Shown: positions 11,301 to 25,147, counted from the first letter of the whole stretch. The stretch is DNA of 61,680 nucleotides, filler included, from Choristocarpus tenellus KU-1152 (GCA_964200185.2; 12 parts of 12 records of this genome joined end to end with filler, not necessarily neighbours in it); one strand, 5' to 3'. Numbers and translations are program-made. Notes: generated by a model from the letters alone, not told the origin.

Positions 11301-14300
11301 ATCCGGTTCGTGACAACACGTAATTCTGTAGAGGAATGCAAGAGATATCGTCCGATGTTGGCGGGCTGAATGCCCACAGAATGCATCCGTGCCAACCGCT
11401 AGGTCAGTCAATATAATAGGGTTAGGGTTAGGCGCTCTACTACAGTGCCGATGTCACTAAAAACCCAACCGAAATGAACAAGTTGGTTTGGTTTGGTGTA
11501 GTCCAGACTAAACCAAGCAACATCTTATTCTGTCTTGTCTGAGGTTCGAAGTATCTAATGTTTCGTTTTTTTCCTGGCTTGTTCATGAATTTAATGTATG
11601 GTTGTCCCAGCAGTCCCTGTTTCTATCACCTGCTTGAACTTAGAGAGGAAGGGCAAAGAGTGAGAGACCCTGTGTGATTCGAAGTCTTATAGCCTGAGAA
11701 CAAGACTGTTCCGCGAGGAGCGAGAGAATCTCAGATTCATGCACTTGACTGCAATATTAATACTAGCTGTGTTCGGTGTGAAGCAAGGTTTAGCTGATCA
11801 AAACACTTCTGCTGCGTGTTCCTTCTTAAGACTTGCTGCAGATGTAGCCCGGAAGGGACTTGACATTTACTCTCATGCTGGTGCCTCTGTTGACCGGCCA
11901 CCATCAGGTCCTGCATATTGTTCTAGAATCTCCCCCCCTCCCATACCTCTCTACCCTCAGCAGCCTTGTCATCCCAACATTGAACTTACTTCCCAAAAGG
12001 GTTTTCCACAACTACTTCAAGGCTCCTGTCAATAGGCCGTAAAAATGGTACTCTCAATGCTGCTATCCTTTAAAAAGTTTATTAGCCTGCCACCTCTGTT
12101 GCAGCCTTTCCTCCAACCCCCCCCCCCCCCCCCCCCCCCTCTCTTTCCCCCTCCCCTTCCCCCCCGCTCTTCCTCCTCCCCNNNNNNNNNNNNNNNNNNN
12201 NNNNNNNNNNNNNNNNNNNNNNNNNTTAATTAATTAANNNNNNNNNNNNNNNNNNNNNNNNNNNNNNNNNNNNNNNNNNNNACTCCCCAATGGGGCCTTT
12301 TGGGGTGGCCCCCCCCCCCCCCAGATACTTTGAGTCAACAGTATTGTTCCGGACTTGCTAAAATAATCACCTGCATACAGCAGATGTAGTTATTTCTTCT
12401 GACACTTTTTGATTGGGAGGAAACCCTGACAGTGCAGTCGACTACTTGAGACCTCTTCCTCTCCCTCGCACTACTCCTCAATATCGTAGCTTTGATGATT
12501 ATATTGTTGGAGCGAATCACGATCTCAACCAGTGCAAATACACATTTTATTATTGCAATAGTGACAGTATTGATACCACGTAGATCACAACAAAAAAGCA
12601 CTCACCTCTGAAAAACTGCACCTTCTCTACAATTGGCTGCTAGAAAATACCAGAATGTGCCCTCCCACTTATTTATTGCGTATGGAGTCTGCTGTTGCAT
12701 GTCATCATCTTGTGTAATCCCTTCAGTTACACAACAACCCAACAGTCATCTTCCTCAATTTAATACTTTAGTACAATTCAGCTCCACCTGTTGTGTGATA
12801 CATCTATCAACGAGATAAGATAAGCAGGTGCTGTTTGGAGTTAGAAATCTCTCACAGTCAACCAAACCTGTTCGACCACATGTGGTAAATGTTTCCTTGT
12901 GCATTACTAGGCATCAAGAGTTCTGCTACGGAGAATAATGTACTCCATATATAAAGTGGTAGTGAGTTCATGGGTGTTGCATATAGATCCTTGGCCACAG
13001 AAAAATAGAGAGCTTCGACACTCCCACCTCTCAAAACATGTGTATTTGCTCCTCCTAGAGGACAGCGTTTCACATCGCTCAATCTATTGTGTGCAGCAAC
13101 CCACAGACATGATTTGGAGTTACCATCATAATTATTTAAATCATCATCATCACTCAGTGCTTGAAGTGTATTGCATTTCATGGTAGCGTTCTGCGGAGCA
13201 TGTTGTACGTCATATTACGTAAAAAGGATGAAGTTTGTGAGGAGGCGAGAATACTACCCGCCAACTGAAGACACCATGGACTTCCTATTTCAACAGCATG
13301 TCACAAATAGTGAAACATAGATGGCCGTCTTTTGGGCAGGCTGCCGACAACATTCAGAATATATCCGTTTTAGACTAAGTGATGGACGACGGTGTGACTG
13401 GATGAAAGATATTGCTGACAGTTCAGGGCATGCTCAAAATGCTGTACTGTTAACCAAATTGACTCCTATATTTCACTGCCCACGAACTCTGTGTGTTCGT
13501 TTTGGCATCAGAAACGAGGAAAATAGTGGGTATTAGCCCATTAAGAGTAGTGTGGCCCTAGATAATGCCTTCTATAAAAACCCTAAAGAATCATATGCAC
13601 TAATGTGAACGTCAATATGTTAGGGGTACATTTTGCTTGGAAGATGCTGGCAACAACAGTGACTCTCTGTAATATAAAACAGGGCTCATGAAGAAATGTG
13701 ATAAAAAAAATCGGCATTCCGTCAAGCAATGATCTCCTCACTAAGGTGATAAACTCCCCTACTGAGATTAGTAGTGTCTATGAATTAACCTTACAGCACT
13801 CCTTCAAGTACCCCGTCTCATCACCATAGCTTGTTCAAGCAGGATTGAGGTCCTTGAGAACATTGCCCCCAAGCCTTTTAATGCCCCCATGGATTGTGCA
13901 CTTGGGTGCAGTGTCCATTATTGTCATATTTATCATACCACCACTAAAGTGGTATTCTGCTTGCTTAATCCAATACAGACAATGCAGGATCAGGTTGATA
14001 ATCTTGTCTACTCGCCTGCATCAGCTCGTCCCCCTTGACCACGAATGAAGGCCTATGAACCCCTTCCATTTGGCAAGCATCCTCACACTCTCCCATTTCC
14101 ATTGATACCTTGAGCATTATACTTGCTACTCCAACTACCATTATTCTCCCACTGGTGGTACAGTGCTGTGAGATGAGACCCAGTAGGGGAGCATGCCCTG
14201 ATCTCGGAACATCTACAGGTGCTGCGTAGGCACATGAGCTTCAAATGTGGATGGCCAAGTAGTCCTTCTCAATGTCTCCACCCCTCGCCTTTCCTGTTCG

Positions 14301-14443
14301 TCACCTCAGTGACACTCCTGTCTCCCATTTGCACATTTCCCATCTATGGTTATTTTCCTCACCCATAAACCCTGTTTGAGACTTTGTTCCTCCCCCAACT
14401 TCCACCCCCAACTTCCACCCCTTTCCCCTCTCTACTTCCTTTC

Positions 14444-15406
14444 CTACAGTTTTCGCCGCCCCCGCCTCCCCTCTATTCCTACCCTACCAAGTTCAGTTCT
14501 AATGGTTCCTTGACCAACACCAATATTATGCAACTCAAGATTTTTAGGCTGTAAGACGCGATAGAGGATTTTCCTTCCACTAGCAGATGGGCCCCAGGAG
14601 CCCCTCATGCCCCCCTCTATCACACTACCTCTACTTCCCCTTCGTGCAACAGCATCAGCATGGTAGTGTTTCTTGTGTGGCCGCCTGGGGAGGTGGCACC
14701 TCTTGTCGAAGTCTGGATACCATGCCTCTGGCAACCGTTGTTGCCTGTGTTTCCCCCCCTCTTCTTGCTGTATTACACCAGCAGGCACCACTGTAACTGT
14801 CTCCCTCGGCACCAACCCATATCCTAATTCTGGCTCTACGTCTGACCCAAATTGGAACCCTGATCTTGAAACTGCCCATGGCTGTGACTCTGAGCATGTC
14901 TCTGACTGCAAGCACGAACTGGATCCAAGTGAGGGATTTTGTGCACAATCAGGGACGATACTCAGGCCTGGTGTCTGCCATTCCTTATCAGGCGTGGATT
15001 TTTTTTCTCCACGCCCTTGAGACTCAATGAGTAAGCTCTTTACCCCTACCGTATCTGTCTCGTGTCCCATAGATGGTCCAGCTCCGGTTACATCCACTGC
15101 TGTCGTCACATCCTCTTTTTTCACCTGATCCCCTTCACACATCTGAAAGAGTTTTTCGCTATGGAGAAATTCACTTGCTGTTGCCTGTGGTGCTACAGTT
15201 GCAGGTCGCATGCTGGTCTCCCCCCAAGACCTCACTCTCGCTGTTGCTGATGGAACCAAAATACCCTTCATGCCAGAGCCAGTCTTGACATTCTCTGTAA
15301 AGGCCTCTTTTGTCCATCTCCCTTCTCTGGACCCCAAGCTGGCCCAAAGGTGTGGGCCTTGAGTACTTCTCCTTTTTGGTTTTGGTGTCTTTTTTTTTGT
15401 GTGCAA
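14444..15406 (-). CDS. 960-nt open frame encoding low-complexity S/G/E/P-rich sequence; possible large exon of an unknown gene
   Basis: Unusually long stop-free frame; no recognisable domain; splice sites not fixed. Confidence 0.3.
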   Translation of the reverse strand: MHTKKKTPKPKRRSTQGPHLWASLGSREGRWTKEAFTENVKTGSGMKGILVPSATARVRSWGETSMRPATVAPQATASEFLHSEKLFQMCEGDQVKKEDVTTAVDVTGAGPSMGHETDTVGVKSLLIESQGRGEKKSTPDKEWQTPGLSIVPDCAQNPSLGSSSCLQSETCSESQPWAVSRSGFQFGSDVEPELGYGLVPRETVTVVPAGVIQQEEGGKHRQQRLPEAWYPDFDKRCHLPRRPHKKHYHADAVARRGSRGSVIEGGMRGSWGPSASGRKILYRVLQPKNLELHNIGVGQGTIRTELGRVGIEGRRGRRKL

Positions 15407-15482
15407 GTTTACAGGAACATCACACGCAGCAGAGATTTAGAAGGTTGTTATTAGACAAGCACACAATCTTAGAATAATGATA

Positions 15483-15701
15483 GGCTCGAAGTATCTGGAG
15501 GGGGTGGCGGCTGTCCAATTGGGGTCAATTTTTTCATGTCATGATTTTTGGGTGATTTGGTTCCATACATTGGATGGATAATGAAAGTGCACCTTTCCTG
15601 GTTTGGTCCAAATGGACACTCTGATGTAGACCCCCCCCCCCCCCCCCCCCTACATCGGAGGGGTATGCATCTNNNNNNNNNNCCACCCAGATACTTTGGG
15701 G
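15483..15701 (+). mobile_element. MITE family A, full-length copy (~220 bp)
   Basis: Termini ggctcgaagtatctgg ... cccagatactttgggg flanked by GATA/GATA; body matches the copies at 52936-53113, 43068-43486 and 15985-16055. Confidence 0.8.
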
Positions 15702-15984
15702 GATATCGCCTGCTGCACAGTCTTACTTGGATGGTGTGGATTGACTTTGTAGATCACCAAGGGGTAAACAGTACAAGAGCTTAAGGTTACGCTTTTGCCG
15801 TGCTTTTTGGAGGGGGGGCAGGAGCAGGTAATGTCAAGCACTGTTGAGGGGTAATACTAGAATGGGAAACATATGCTAACATCAGGATTGCTTGCCATGC
15901 AATAGAAGTAGGACAGAACATGGGATGGTTTTGGAAGAGATGGGATTGGATCAAGATTGAATATAAGTAATATGCTGTGGCTTT

Positions 15985-16055
15985 CGTTCAAAGTGTCTGG
16001 GGGTGAGAGTGGCGGCTGTCCATTTGGGGTCAATTTTTTCATGTCGCAATTTTTG
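15985..16055 (+). mobile_element. MITE family A, partial (runs into linker); other A termini at contig edges ~3665-3680, ~12283-12336, ~29268-29301, ~40015-40048
   Basis: tcaaagtgtctggggg...ggcggctgtccatttggggtcaattttttcatgtcgc; the cagatactttg terminus recurs at contig edges. Confidence 0.75.
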
Positions 16056-16186
16056 NNNNNNNNNNNNNNNNNNNNNNNNNNNNNNNNNNNNNNNNNNNNT
16101 TAATTAATTAANNNNNNNNNNNNNNNNNNNNNNNNNNNNNNNNNNNNNNNNNNNNTCCCTTGTTTGTGTTTTTTTGTGGTGTGTGT

Positions 16187-16220
<34 letters not shown>

Positions 16221-16768
16221 GAAGAATCAGGCCCCGAGCATAGTGTCTCTGAGAAGAAATGTATGTTACACCAGAAAATAGTCTCAACTATACAGGCAAA
16301 GTGGTAGGCATCAAGTCTTGACACGACCCAAGGCACCTATGCATGACTTCTCCAAACATCATCTACTACAATAATTTTTCCTCCAGGAGGGTCACACACA
16401 CACACGCGCGCGCGCGCGCTTGCAAGAGCAGACAAGAGGAACAGTCCCAGCCCCTTCCAGTCCCAGTCAACTTTGTTTTTATTCTTCGTCGATTGAGTGT
16501 GATCTTTACAAGGTAAGGAAGAACGCTTTGTGTGTGAGTGCAGCACCTACTTGGCAGGCGATGAAGATGATCTGCCTTTACCCTGTACCCCATCCCGTCA
16601 GTGACGCGACACAAACCACAAGACTACCACAGGTCAAAAATGACAGCAAATTCTCAACCAAAATTAGGTAAATTAGGTAGCATACATTATTTTTGTGGCT
16701 GCTCAAGAAGAAGTGCACAGGAGGACAAGACAGGCTCTCATCACCTTTACTATCCTATAAACACGCAC

Positions 16769-16769
<1 letters not shown>

Positions 16770-16799
<30 letters not shown>

Positions 16800-16811
16800 T
16801 GTATGTATGTA
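16770..16811. repeat. (GTAT)n microsatellite
   Basis: About 10 perfect units. Confidence 0.95.
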
Positions 16812-16898
16812 TTACGTATTGCCTATACACACATATTTAATGTACAATTCTTCATGCTACAAAAAAAAAAAAAGATGAACTTCCTCTCACTGTTCAGG

Positions 16899-17262
16899 AC
16901 CAGTTCGGACGGTTTTCCGGCACAGGAAAGAGTAAAAAAAATCACATCAGGAAGGCGTTTATAGCGGCATAGAACAGGCAGACCGAGTCAGATCTTGCTG
17001 ACATTTCAGGGTGTACCTCACAATGGATTTTTGCAAAACAGTCACATAATATATATTTATAGACATATGCATATGCTCTCTGTACTTATTGTAGTACTCT
17101 ACAGACTGGTAGGATTTGTAACAGTAACAGATATGGATTCGTATTTTAGAAGATGCCGTCAGCTCCAGGCACATGGTGGAATGAATCAAGAGTTTTACAT
17201 GAAACCGTTACTTTCCGGAAGAAATGGATCCAGTGTCCCGGAGAACTGTCCGAGAACAGTCT
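16899..17262. repeat. Imperfect ~30-bp inverted repeat pair enclosing ~300 bp (possible old MITE)
   Basis: gaccagttcggacggttttccggcacagg versus the reverse complement of ccagtgtcccggagaactgtccgagaacagtc. Confidence 0.45.
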
Positions 17263-17799
17263 GGTTTTTATAGACTTGGCATCTGGAAGGATCTAGGAAG
17301 ATCGAGACGTTTGGGACTTCCAGAAGTAGGGTTGTTTTTGATGACTACCAGCGGTAGTAGCAGTAGCAGTAGTAGCAGTAGCAGTAGTAGCAGAAGCAGC
17401 AACCGTTACTTTGTACACAGGGTTGGCCTGGATCACTAACGCCTCAAGGAACGCACCAGCACAACAACTCTGACTCATCCATCTCATTGATTCAGTCTTC
17501 TTTTTCCAAACTGCACACCCACACCCACTGATTGGGTAGCAGCCGTGTGTGGGCCATTGACAAAATATTATTATTATTAATAGTAACAATACTGTTACAA
17601 TATTATTACAAATAATAAAACCAACAAAACTTACACAGCGACAATCTTCTAGGACACGCCAGAGACTGTCAGAGTTTATCTCAACCACCAACAGAGGAGA
17701 GCGTGTGTCAGCATTCAGCGGAATATCTCAACACCTTGTAAGGCATTTCCAAAACAACTAGCCACAAAGTCCGCAGGTTCACAAGAAGATAGGATGGAG

Positions 17800-20679
17800 G
17801 GGGATCAGAACATCGCAATGGAGAGCTTTGTCTGCTGCAATTCAGCATCGCAAGTGCAGTCCAAGCTCAGCAGCAACAGCAGCAGCAGCAGCAGCAACAT
17901 CAACAGCCGCAGCTGCAACAACAGCACCAGCAACAGCAACAGCCACAGCAACAAGTGACAACGAGGGCTGTCACAAACCTCAAGGACAAGGCTGGGCTGC
18001 ACAAAACCTCTGCGGGGGAGATTGAAAGAGGATCGGATCGACACGCGCGGCCCAAAATTTGCATCTAACCCTGACGAGAACTCTTGGAACTCTTACTCTT
18101 GGGTGTGCGGATGCATTAAGAACGTCCAAGGAAAATAAGGTTGACACGGCCAGTCGAGAGACAACTTCGACGACGACGGCAACAACTATGATCGACCGCA
18201 CCAGGCAGAGGCAGAGGTAGGTGGCGTGGAGATCGCTGATCGCTCACTAGATGCAGGGGATGGGCATTCGAGATCGCAGAGAGCTCAGGATCACCTGGCG
18301 TCGCCTAGAGCGGAGCTTTCCGAGTACTACAGGGTGGACGGGTTCAGTGAAATGCGCTGCCTGCGTGCAACCCGAAGTCAATGCAACAAAGACAGACATC
18401 GACAAAAGGGGCCCAAACAGTCGGCATAGCTCGCCCTCGGGGTCGACTGAACAGACGACACCGGCGTTAACAACATCATCATCAGCGGACCGGCTCGTGA
18501 CTACGGGTTCGAATGACAAATTTCGGGCAAGAGACAAAGGCCGTCGGTTCGAGGAAGCCTCGACAGCACTCTCTCCCAGCGCTACGACAGAATGAAGAAG
18601 GAGAGATCCAAGGCAGGTGCAAGGGGGAGCTGGCGGCGTCGACCAAGGGGACGACGACAAACTTGGCCAGCTGCGCCGCAAGCAGGGTCTCCCCACGCGA
18701 GGCGAAAGCTGTGCAGAAACTCTGGAGAGAGGCACGGACCGTCTGGCAGCGAACGCGTCCCACTTCGTCAGGGCATTTGGCGGGCTGGACATTCCGGTCA
18801 AGCAGTCTGACGGAATCAAGATTGTGACTCTACAGGAGGTCGCATTCGTACCAGGGCTGGGCCGAAACCGATTGTTCACGAGCCAAGCCTCTAAGACAAT
18901 CGGTAAGCCAGTTAGGTACCTTCTAACCAGGCAAGGTTATTAACACGAGCAAGGGTAGTTCTTGCAGTTTCAACAAGAAGCCCAGCTCAGGGGTGTACAC
19001 AATGGAGGTGCAGCAGTGCACAGAAAAAAGCGACATCTTTGGCTACCGCACCTTCACAACAGCGCAACATCATAACGGAGTTTCATAGGTATATTGGGAC
19101 ACCTGCACGAAAGCGTAACACAGGAGACAGCAGAAGCGATTGGCATCACACTGGTGTACGACGGGAGATCATGCACAGGGTGCTCCAAGGCGAAGGACCA
19201 CCGCAACACAGTCACCAAAACCATCTGAGACCTGGTCAAAGGAAAGGACTCGGCACATGTACATGTACATCGAACTCACGTGAACAATGATGGTGCCAAA
19301 TTTTGGTGGAAACAGCTACGCCACGATCTTTGTACACGACTACGCAAGAATGAAGTTCATCCAGTGCCTGCAAAGAAGAGTGACACAGCATAAGCACTCA
19401 AGAGCTTCATCACAGACATCGCGAAGACAGCTGGATTGAAGATAGGCACCATCCGAAAGGACAAGGGAGGTGTATTCGAGGGAAGTTTCCAAGAGCTGGC
19501 AATACGACTAAAAGGACGAGCTGGCAATCACACATGAGCGCACGCACTCCCCCTGGGACCTCGCAGAACAACGGGTTGGCCGAGAGAGATCGCTTGGTCT
19601 CCTGAAGGAAAAGACAATCGCGAAGCGCTGGATGACCTGACGGAAGTACATGGTGAAAGGCTGTGGGCAGAGGCAATCAGCACAGCAACGAACATGACAA
19701 ACTTATTCATCACAACTGCCAATAAGGGCAGCACTTCACCATACGAGATGTGGCAGGGGAAGGTATCCCTGTTGTACCTAATGCAACCATTCGGCACTGT
19801 GAGGTACACGTGCACTACGACCAGGAAACACAAGCTGGAACTGTGTGGGGTCAAGTGCGTCATGCTGGGATCGGCATACAACCACCCGAGGGACATGTTC
19901 AGGGAACAAAATCTCGACATCGGACTAATCGTGTGTCACCAAGATGTATCCTGGTACACCTGTAGATACCACAAGAGAAAGAGAAGAGTCTGGAGCGCAG
20001 AAATAAGGGAGGCGACTCACTCAGAGTGTCATCCGGGGGGGAGGATTTTGGCACTGTAATTCAACCCCAACTTGATATCACTCAAACCCCAGGGAACCAG
20101 GAAAACCAAGACAAACTGCTAGACAAAGAACCGGAGGAGCAGCTGGAACATCAGGAGCAACGAGGACAGCAGGAACTGCCAGGGCGGAAAAGTCAGCAAC
20201 AACGACCTTCCAGAAAAAAAAATATATTATTCTATGGGACAACAATGTAATTTCATGAGTATAAGCGCCAAGTGTGGTTGGTTATAGGAACACCAATAGA
20301 GTCGGAGGTGGTGGTGGTTCACTCTGCGACATGCTTAGACAGGGCGGTATGAAGAAGGACACTGCCATGGCGGAGGGCTTGCAGACTGGAGACAAAATGG
20401 CAATGCAAGCCACGTTAACGTTACCGCAGGGACTGGAAAGCCTCATACCACCAGAACCAACAACCGTCAAAGAGGCGTGAACTTCTCGCCTAAATGGTAC
20501 TTCTGGAAAGGAGCGAAAGGTGCAGCGATGACCGATATGATTGACAACGGACTGTGGGATCAAGTACCACGCCCTAAAGTCAAGCTCATGGTGGGGACCA
20601 AGATGCTCTACAACAGAAAAATTTGGAAAAACTGGAGAAAGCGAAAAATGCAAGTGCAGACTGTGTGTGTGTTATGTGT

Positions 20680-20738
<59 letters not shown>

Positions 20739-21690
20739 ATACCAGGGATTACACTTTCAGGAAACATTTTCACCTACACCCACGGCAGCCAGCATCAGGA
20801 TGGTACGCGCAACTGAAGCCGTAGAAGACGCGGATCTGCGATACCTTGGCATGGAGCAAGCTTTCATCAAGGCAGATGTTGATGAAGAGATCTACATCGA
20901 CATTCCTGAGGACTAGAAGCATTCCCAAGAGTGGTTGGAAAGCTGAACAAAACAAATTATATAGTCTGGTCCAAGCAGGGCGTTGCTGGAACACGAAGCT
21001 CACAAAACGGAATCAAGAAGATAGGGCTTGAACAATCACACACTGACCCTTGCATTTTCAGGAAGATTGTGGATGGAGAGGCAGAACTAGTGGCTATATT
21101 TCATGTAGACGACATTCTGGCGGCCAGCAAGACAGTCAAAACTATTGACTGTCTCATCGCTGAACCAGGCAAACAAGGGAAGTTCAAGGTCAAGGACTTG
21201 GGCATGGTTGAGTTCTACGAAGGATGCCACATGTCTCATGACCGATCAGTGAGAAGGCTCAAGTTAGACACAACACCTGTACCTCCAGACCATCACAGAA
21301 CGATTCAGTGTGGCCAAGACGTGGATAATCCTGGCAGCCGCTGGAGTACTTACTGCCTCTGTCAAAGAAGGGTGGACCGCAAACACGCCCAAACAGGAGG
21401 CAACGGTGCTGGATGTTCCATGCAGTGGGGTCGATGCAGGGAGGCAGTGGGGGTGCTCATGTGGGCATCGACAATGGCACGCCCAGATATCGCGTCAGCT
21501 GGAAGGACAGTAGCTAAGTACTACGATAACCCAGGAAAAACACACTGGAAGTGTCGTTTTGTTTTGAGGATATTGCAATGCTTCCTTGCGGACCAAGGAA
21601 CTGGGTATCACGAATAATGGTGGACTAATAACGACAGGAGTAGAAATGTCAGCATACGTGAGCTCCGATCGCGTCACCTGCCTGGTACGT
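17800..21690 (+). mobile_element. Degenerate Ty1/copia LTR retrotransposon (gag-PR region, integrase, RT, start of RNase H), 3'-truncated
   Basis: Motifs in copia order: VTLQEVAFVPGLGRN; HHCC finger FHRY.GHLHE...CTGC; GGNSYATIFVHDYARM; RKDKGG; QNNGLAER; LWAEAISTA...SPYEMW...PFG; EPTTVKEA; QAFIKADVDEEIYI; LVQAGRCWN; DPCIF; FHVDDIL; REAVGVLMW...RPDIA; SAYVSSD. Many frameshifts and stops. Confidence 0.93.
20663..20735. repeat. (TG)n microsatellite inside the copia RT
   Basis: TG run immediately after KCRL, interrupting the RT frame. Confidence 0.9.
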
Positions 21691-22208
21691 CAGTTCCAGT
21701 CCTCCGTATATGATACCCAGGTCCTTGGTCTGCAAGCAAGTATGGCAACATCCTCAAGACGGCCCTTCCAGTGCATTTTTTCTCGGGTTATTGCATTGCC
21801 TAACTGTCAAAGGAGGAAGCCATATCAGCATTCAAACGGAATAGCTGAACAAATTGTGAACCCATCATGTGATTCTTAATTTTTTTATGTGTATAATGCA
21901 CCCCACAAACTGTTCTACTGGTGTCGAACAGAGGGAGTAGATTCTTATGTGGACAAGCACGGAGGGGGGGGGGGGGGTGGAGGTTGCATTCTACACACTA
22001 TACACATACTCCACTGTCTTTCCACAAAGGTGTGACATTCAGCATGCCTAACAGTCAGTCTTTGAGACACGATCTTACTCAAATCATCCTGTCTTCAACA
22101 AGGACGTGTCGAGTCATTTTCCCGGAACATTCCGCACAAAGATACACATAACGTTTGCACTTGGCACTTGAGGTGTTTGATCAGAGTGCGCAATGGTATT
22201 TTTCCGTT

Positions 22209-22345
22209 TCTACTGCACCCTTTCAGTGTAGAGAGCACTATCTGCCTAACTAACATTAATGTTAATTTCAAGGTTGTGTCTACTGCACCTTTTCAGTGTA
22301 GAGAGCACTCTCCGCCTAACTAACATTAATTTTGATTTCAAGGTT
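22209..22345. repeat. Direct tandem duplication, 70-bp period x2
   Basis: tctactgcacc(c/t)tttcagtgtagagagcact...taactaacattaat...ttcaaggtt occurs twice. Confidence 0.9.
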
Positions 22346-23030
22346 AGGGTTGGGGAAAAATCAAACGATACGTAACAATCCGAATAAGCATAAAAGGGCT
22401 ATAGAGTTAAATTATGACTACATTGTGGTTGGCATTTAATAAAAGGTTGAACAATACAACTAGGGTTGGGGTTAGAGCTAGGGTCTAATAAAATGTTGTA
22501 CAACAGTTGACGTCAAGGTTGAGATTGCAAGATTTAATCATATATGATATGATGCTAAGGTTCAGGGCTTTCTCAAATGGTGAATAGCAATTGGGATCAG
22601 GACTAGGTTTAAATAAAGGGCTACGTAACAATTGGGGTCAGGGTTAGAGTTCAGGTAAATAAAATGTTATATGATGATCAGGGTCACGGTTAGGGCTAAA
22701 TTAAACATTGTCTAACACAATTAGGGTCAGGGTTAAGGCAGGGGCTGTAGAAGACAGAGTTAGGGTTAGAACTGGCAGTACTCTTTTTGAAGTAAGAGTA
22801 CTGGATATATTCAAGACCATAACACTAATATCAAACATCAACAGACAAAAAAAAATCTAAAAAATAGGATACCGTTATCAATCTCTCTTAATAGAACTTC
22901 AACGCAGGACAAAGGAGAGATTATAATACCGGTTACTACTATACCTACCACAATCAACAACAACAAAAAATCACATTCCAGTCACAAACGAAAAATATGG
23001 TTACAAATAATATCAAGGGTTAGGGGGGTA
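22340..23030 (+). repeat. Degenerate TTAGGG-punctuated AT-rich repeat block
   Basis: gggttaggg/gggtcaggg/gggttagag motifs recurring every ~40-70 bp. Confidence 0.7.
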
Positions 23031-23218
23031 TTTTCATCAATTCTTACAACAGTAGTAGGAACTACGGGGGTGGGGTCCACACATCCACCTCTTTAAGGAG
23101 TCGCCTGGACACCATCCACACGTTAGTGCTGAGCCACAGGTGTTTTGGGAGAAACTCAGCGCTTATAAGTCCCTCAGTGTACCATCCCTTATACTAAAGG
23201 AGATCACCCACCAAGAGG

Positions 23219-23253
<35 letters not shown>

Positions 23254-23369
23254 GAGGATATGGCACCACNNNNNNNNNNNNNNNNNNNNNNNNNNNNNNN
23301 NNNNNNNNNNNNNTTAATTAATTAANNNNNNNNNNNNNNNNNNNNNNNNNNNNNNNNNNNNNNNNNNNN

Positions 23370-23572
23370 AAGTTAATCTATGTATGCACACCATCTCCAA
23401 AAGTTAATCGAGGTATGCACACTATCTCCAAAAGTTAATCAAGGTATGCACACTATCTCCAAAAGTTAATCGAGGTATGCACACCATCTCCAAAAGTTAA
23501 TCAAGGTATGCACACTATCTCCAAAAGTTAATCGAGGTATGCACACTATCTCCAAAAGTTAATCGAGGTGCA
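23370..23572. repeat. 31-bp minisatellite (AAGTTAATCGAGGTATGCACACTATCTCCAA) x ~6.5
   Basis: Head-to-tail units without spacers, at a contig start. Confidence 0.95.
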
Positions 23573-23883
23573 CGCACCGCCTAAAACTTACAGCACAGGA
23601 ATGCATACAGCATTGCCCACAACATAACAACATAACAACATTTTCACGTTCAATGCCTCTCCACTCTAGCCCAGGGGCCACCCCCATCCACAGCCAGAGC
23701 CACCACAAACCGCACTACACTTCTCACACAAACTAACAACGCTGTACCTGACTATTGCCATGTGACTATCGCTACGCGACTAATTCCACCGCCTCTGTTC
23801 CCGCATTCGCTCCTCACACGGTTTAGGTTCGGTCGTTGCGCTAACTAAAACTAGGCACCGCCGCTCTCGGGGCGATGTATCAG

Positions 23884-23939
<56 letters not shown>

Positions 23940-23965
23940 AAGAAAAAAAAAAAAAAAAAAAAAAA
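23884..23965 (+). repeat. Long poly(A) tract (~80 nt), possible retroposon tail
   Basis: Near-pure A run preceded by a GC-rich stem-loop-like segment (cgccgctctcggggcg). Confidence 0.6.
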
Positions 23966-24204
23966 TTACTGCCGCGACTCACTCTCGGGTCCTGTGCACA
24001 AAAAATATTAAAAATTAAAAATTAAAAAAAAAGTGGTTCGTCACTAAAAACAAAAAAAGCAAAAAAAGCAAAAAAAAAAAATGAGAACACACGGGGGATG
24101 TACTACGTACGTATGCGCGTGTGCTGTATACACGGGCGCACTCTCATATGCGGCGCTCGCTTTACATTAAGGTTTTTGGATCATGGAAGAACCAGATTTC
24201 CATG

Positions 24205-24207
24205 AGA

Positions 24208-24244
<37 letters not shown>

Positions 24245-24278
24245 AGAATAAGAATAAGAATAAGAATAAGAATAAGAA
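24205..24278. repeat. Compound (AG)n-(AATAAG)n microsatellite
   Basis: Seen directly. Confidence 0.95.
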
Positions 24279-25147
24279 AACGCCTGACACCGACGGGGTT
24301 TAGACCCGCCAAAAAAAATTGACGCAGGTAGGTGGTGGTAGTACCATCCCAAAAAAAAAACTAATGGCGCATGGTTCTTCGTCCCTCCTTCCGCTGATCG
24401 CACCAATCAACACCGGAAAAATAAAAAAAATAAAAACATTCCCTTACTTGATGCTCTTGATACGCTAGCTAGTTAGCTAGCTAAGGAACAGGAACTCTCC
24501 GGGAAAAAAAAAAATCTCTAGGAGGAAGTTCCTCGAACCCTGTTGCATTGTGTTCCACTTCCTCCCGTAGAGATAGAGAGAGAGAGAGAGAGAGGCGATC
24601 AGGGTACTGCAGTAGAGTTTGTTTTTCTTGCAGCATCTCTCTCTCTCTCTCTCTCTCTCTGCCATGCTTGCTCAGAAAGAGGAGATTCTACCTACGCTAC
24701 ACTTGTAGTGCCACGGAGCATGTTTAGGGTGGGCGGATCTTCACACCCTCATCAGGGCATCCCTACGACAGAGATGGTCATCGGACATTTTTCAGACATC
24801 GAATCTTTTTGAGACATTGAATCTTTTTGAGACGTAAGAATGTCACCACCACCTGCGTGATATGTTCTCGCCTTCACATGAACCCTTCTCCCTAAAATAT
24901 ATGGATCCAACCAACCCTTTACACCGGACAAAATATATCAAAGACAAGACTTGTTCACCTCCTGTCTACTAGCTAATCTCGTCAGACTCGAAATAAAAAA
25001 CCAAAAAAATGATCGCATGTAATACCCTCCTCCCCACCACTGCTCCTTCCCTTCATCTGATGGATCTATCATTGTCAACAATCAAAGAGAGAATCTTAGC
25101 ATATAATGTTTGCAAACTGCAGTAATGTCTCCCTTCCTACGCCGCAC

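Noticed and set aside
17270-17760. 5' LTR and primer-binding site of the copia element
   Set aside because: gtgtgggcca only loosely resembles a GGTTATGGGCCC-type PBS, and there is no second LTR in the contig to confirm boundaries.
23370-23572. 31-bp repeats as a CRISPR array
   Set aside because: Units are head-to-tail with no unique spacers, the context is eukaryotic, and no cas genes are present.
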